The translations under genes were made by a program, and so were the position numbers. 64,000 nt of DNA, from positions 4,096 to 68,095 of the forward strand of contig JAKAKZ010000001.1 of the NCBI GenBank assembly GCA_021824285.1. Reading direction: 5' to 3'. Of this stretch, positions 61,336 to 64,000 are shown piece after piece. Under the pieces are notes generated by a model. The model made no database searches. It was not told the DNA's origin and saw only the letters and a program-made list of their open reading frames with translations. Within the stretch, counting starts at the first letter, position 1. Each line of letters starts with the position of its first letter. The stretch comes from a bacterium (lineage in GTDB: Bacteria; Patescibacteriota; Patescibacteriia; SG8-24).

Positions 61336-61974
61336 CTACCGGAGCTGTGGCCAGCGCGCATCATGCCAGATGACCTGACCGGCCCGCTCCACCCGTACGA
61401 TCCGTCCTTTAGAGCCGAAGGTCGGCAAGGAGCAGGCATTGCCCTCATCGGTATCAAGGTGGATGTTCATGCGGAAAGTCGGGTGCACGCGGACGATGAA
61501 GTTGTGGTAGGTCGCGGCCTGTTGCCCCGGGATGTACAGCGAGATGATATCGCCCTTCTGCAGACCGCGCTCCGCCGCCTCCGTGTCGGAGATATGCAGA
61601 TGCCGCTGCGGATCGATGACGCCTTCCTTGAGCTCCAGCTGGCCCCGCGGTCCGATGAGAGTACAGCCGGGAGTGCCGTCAAGCTTGCCGGACTCGCGCA
61701 TCGGCACGTCGATTCCGATCTTGAAACCGTCGCTGTAGGCGAACTCCACCTGCGTCTTCGGCCGGCACGGACCGAGCACCCGGCACTCCGTTTTCCCCTT
61801 GGGGCCGACGACCGTGACCTTCTCCTCTGCGGCCCACTGACCGGTCTGCGAGAGGTTCTTCTTGATCTTCATCTGGTAGCCGGGGCCGAAGAGGACGTCC
61901 TGATCGGCCTGCGACAGATGCACGTGGCGGGCGGACACCTCAATCGGAAGTTCGATATCGTTTTGGAGCGGCAT
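61336..61974 (-). CDS. pduL: PduL-type phosphate acyltransferase (phosphotransacetylase substitute)
   Basis: 212 aa; duplicated PduL modules (ARHVHLS, HLHISD) with Cys/His metal ligands; precedes ackA. Confidence 0.75.
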   Translation of the reverse strand: MPLQNDIELPIEVSARHVHLSQADQDVLFGPGYQMKIKKNLSQTGQWAAEEKVTVVGPKGKTECRVLGPCRPKTQVEFAYSDGFKIGIDVPMRESGKLDGTPGCTLIGPRGQLELKEGVIDPQRHLHISDTEAAERGLQKGDIISLYIPGQQAATYHNFIVRVHPTFRMNIHLDTDEGNACSLPTFGSKGRIVRVERAGQVIWHDARWPQLR

Positions 61975-62120
61975 ATCGGATGTTTGAAAGTTCGAAAGTT
62001 GGGAGTCGGGAGTTAAAATCGAGCTGGGGACAAGACAACGTGATTATATATGAAAATAAAAATCCCGTCCGCCGTGTTCGGGACAGGACACGCATCAGCG
62101 CCGAACTCTGAACCGCCCAA

Positions 62121-62489
62121 TCACAGCTCGTCGGACCAGGTGAACGTCGGTGCCTCGGGCAGGTCGCAAAAAAGGTCATCGCCCTCCAGGACGAGCTTCA
62201 CGGGCGTGAGTTTAGCGCCCTCCTCCACCGGCGGCGACTTGCCCATGCCGGTCTCGGCATCGAACAGCGCACCGTGCAGGTTGCATTTCAGCCGCTTGCC
62301 GTCAAAACGCATCTGGCCGCCCATGTGCGGACACTTGTCGAGATAGGCCTTGGGCTGACCGTCCATATTCAAGACCATCACGGCCCGGCCGTCGACCTCG
62401 TATTTCTTGAACTGCCCCAGGGAGATTTCCGAGAACTTCCCCAGCCGATGACGGACGTCGGCCATATCAATTCTCCGCTTGTCCGCCAT
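62121..62489 (-). CDS. Rieske [2Fe-2S] domain protein
   Basis: 122 aa; CPHMGG...CNLHGALF Rieske boxes. Confidence 0.7.
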   Translation of the reverse strand: MADKRRIDMADVRHRLGKFSEISLGQFKKYEVDGRAVMVLNMDGQPKAYLDKCPHMGGQMRFDGKRLKCNLHGALFDAETGMGKSPPVEEGAKLTPVKLVLEGDDLFCDLPEAPTFTWSDEL

Positions 62490-63207
62490 TCCGTTTGGCG
62501 GTCTTGGACTTCGAGTGGCCGAACGTGTAGTGGAAGAGGTCGGTCTTCGGCGCCCCGCGGGCGCGCATATAAAGCTCGCAGAGCAGGAACTTAGCCGCGA
62601 TGTTCAGGCGGCCGTCGCGGTCCAGGCGACGCACGGATACGGGGATGCGGTAGATCTTGAGCACGCCGAACTTCGCGATCTTGCCGGCACGGTCCGCGTA
62701 ATCATGGTCCTCGGCCAGCTTGATTTCCTCGTCGAAGCCGGAAATGGCCTCATGTATTTTTTTGCGCGCGAAAATGCAGAAACCCGGGGCATGCGGCATC
62801 GTGGAAGCGGTGACGCGCATGAAATAGTTGAAGACCTCATGGAAGACCTTGTCCACTTTCTTGTCGGAAATCGGGTCAGCCTCGCAGGTCGCGACGTCGA
62901 GCCTGCGCTTCTCGAACTCGGCGATAGTGCCCTGCAGGAACCAAGGGTCCGGGAGCACGACATCGGAATCCAGGAACAGCAGGATGTCGCCTTTCGCCGC
63001 CGTCGCGCCGCGGTTGCGGCCCACGGCCGGCATGCCGCCGTCCACCACCCGCGCACCCATCTCGACCGCCAGCGCCCTGGTCTGGTCTTTCGAATTGGCG
63101 TCAGCGACGATGACCTCGAAATCCTTAAACGTCTGCGCCTGGATGGAGCGCAGCAGGAACGGCAGGTAGGCCTCTTCGTTGTAGGTCGGAATGATGATGG
63201 AGAGCAT
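62467..63207 (-). CDS. family 2 glycosyltransferase
   Basis: 246 aa; LSIIIPTYNEEAYL, FLDSDVV (DxD) GT-A motifs. Confidence 0.8.
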   Translation of the reverse strand: MLSIIIPTYNEEAYLPFLLRSIQAQTFKDFEVIVADANSKDQTRALAVEMGARVVDGGMPAVGRNRGATAAKGDILLFLDSDVVLPDPWFLQGTIAEFEKRRLDVATCEADPISDKKVDKVFHEVFNYFMRVTASTMPHAPGFCIFARKKIHEAISGFDEEIKLAEDHDYADRAGKIAKFGVLKIYRIPVSVRRLDRDGRLNIAAKFLLCELYMRARGAPKTDLFHYTFGHSKSKTAKRNGGQAEN

Positions 63208-63266
63208 CGGTCGGGGTCTTAATATCCGGCGTCTTCACTGTCGCCTTCGGGCACCGCCACTACAAT

Positions 63267-63773
63267 CTAGCACTTCTGGCGGAGAGCATACAGGGCGATG
63301 CCGCAAGCCACGGAAACGTTGAACGATTCCTTGATACCGAGCATGGGGATTTCCGCGACCGCATCGAGCCGACGGCGGATGGCGGGGGTAAGGCCGCGGA
63401 TCTCGTTGCCCACGACGAGCGCCAGCGGAAAGCGCGGCCGGAGGTCCGGCAGGGGGACGGCGCCGGCGCACTTCTCCAGGCCGACCAGATAATAACCATC
63501 TTTTTTCAATCGTTCGAGGAGAGGCCAGGTGGCACCGGCCTTCCGCCAAGGCACGGACCGCTCGGCGCCGAGCGCCACCTTCTGCAGGCCGCGCTGTTCC
63601 GGCGTGCCGGTGATGCCGCAGAGGTAGATGCGCGCTACGCCGAAACCGTCGGCCGACCGGAACATCGCGCCGACGTTGTAGAGGCTGCGGATGCCGTCGA
63701 GAACCAAGACGATTTCCTTCTTTTTTGCGTCCGGCATAGCGGTCTGGTCAATATGGGGAACGACGGCGCGCAA
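63267..63773 (-). CDS. SpoU/TrmH-family RNA 2'-O-methyltransferase
   Basis: 168 aa; SPOUT motifs (LVVGNEIRGL, ESFNVSVACGIALY). Confidence 0.75.
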   Translation of the reverse strand: MRAVVPHIDQTAMPDAKKKEIVLVLDGIRSLYNVGAMFRSADGFGVARIYLCGITGTPEQRGLQKVALGAERSVPWRKAGATWPLLERLKKDGYYLVGLEKCAGAVPLPDLRPRFPLALVVGNEIRGLTPAIRRRLDAVAEIPMLGIKESFNVSVACGIALYALRQKC

Positions 63774-63821
63774 GCGGTTTCGGGCTTGAAGCCGGCGCGT
63801 TTTATCTATATACTCTGCCGC

Positions 63822-64000
63822 ATGAAATACGGCGACAGAGTGACGTTACCCATCACGGAAATGGACCGCAAGGGGCGCGGCCGCGGGCTCGTGAACGGCC
63901 GGCCGGTCGGAGCCTATTTCTGCGCGCCCGGCGAAACCATCGAGGGCACTTTCTACGCCCGGAAGCAGGGCGTCAAGATGCTGCGGCTCGAGGCGGTCAC
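63822..64000 (+). CDS. TRAM-domain RNA methyltransferase, N-terminal fragment (runs off window)
   Basis: 59 aa TRAM-like beta-barrel start (YGDRVTLPITEMDRKGRGRG...YFCAPGE); truncated by window edge. Confidence 0.45.
   Translation, partial: MKYGDRVTLPITEMDRKGRGRGLVNGRPVGAYFCAPGETIEGTFYARKQGVKMLRLEAV

Overview
High-GC bacterial chromosome segment (about 63-66% GC outside islands), almost entirely coding and mostly on the minus strand. Small housekeeping genes, a large type IV pilus cluster and giant secreted cysteine-rich proteins suggest a small-genome, possibly Patescibacteria/CPR-like organism; this taxonomy is a guess. 

The left 12.8 kb is a composite accessory island ending at a tRNA-Asn(GUU) gene. 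It holds a visibly lower-GC Type III-like R-M pair (Res helicase-nuclease plus Mod beta-class MTase), an orphan hypothetical gene, a phage DNA-packaging module (ParB-nuclease-domain/DNA-MTase fusion, small and large terminase) with no structural genes, a large serine recombinase, and a translationally coupled two-gene operon encoding a SMODS/CD-NTase-like nucleotidyltransferase plus a two-TM SLATT-like effector. That operon is a minimal CBASS-like second-messenger abortive-infection system and is the most notable system in the window. 

The rest of the window is core genome: the dnaG-rpoD operon, queA-tgt, lgt, a UbiB-family kinase, gatCA, ligA, a pilX-pilD-pilA-pilC-pilB-pilONM type IV pilus locus with an embedded CheY-like receiver, two huge secreted repeat proteins, rnhA, recJ, lepA, murJ and pduL-ackA. 

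Other non-standard features: a tRNA-Ser(GGA) locus carrying a truncated 5' duplicate, an embedded GIY-YIG endonuclease ORF and a downstream 3' tRNA fragment; a MotA/ExbB-like + ExbD-like + third membrane protein operon; tandem paralogous small membrane proteins; and a dispersed family of heptamer-tandem-repeat, inverted-repeat intergenic elements at operon 5' ends. 

No CRISPR array or rRNA gene was seen. Many long antisense and extended ORFs in the supplied track are high-GC artefacts.
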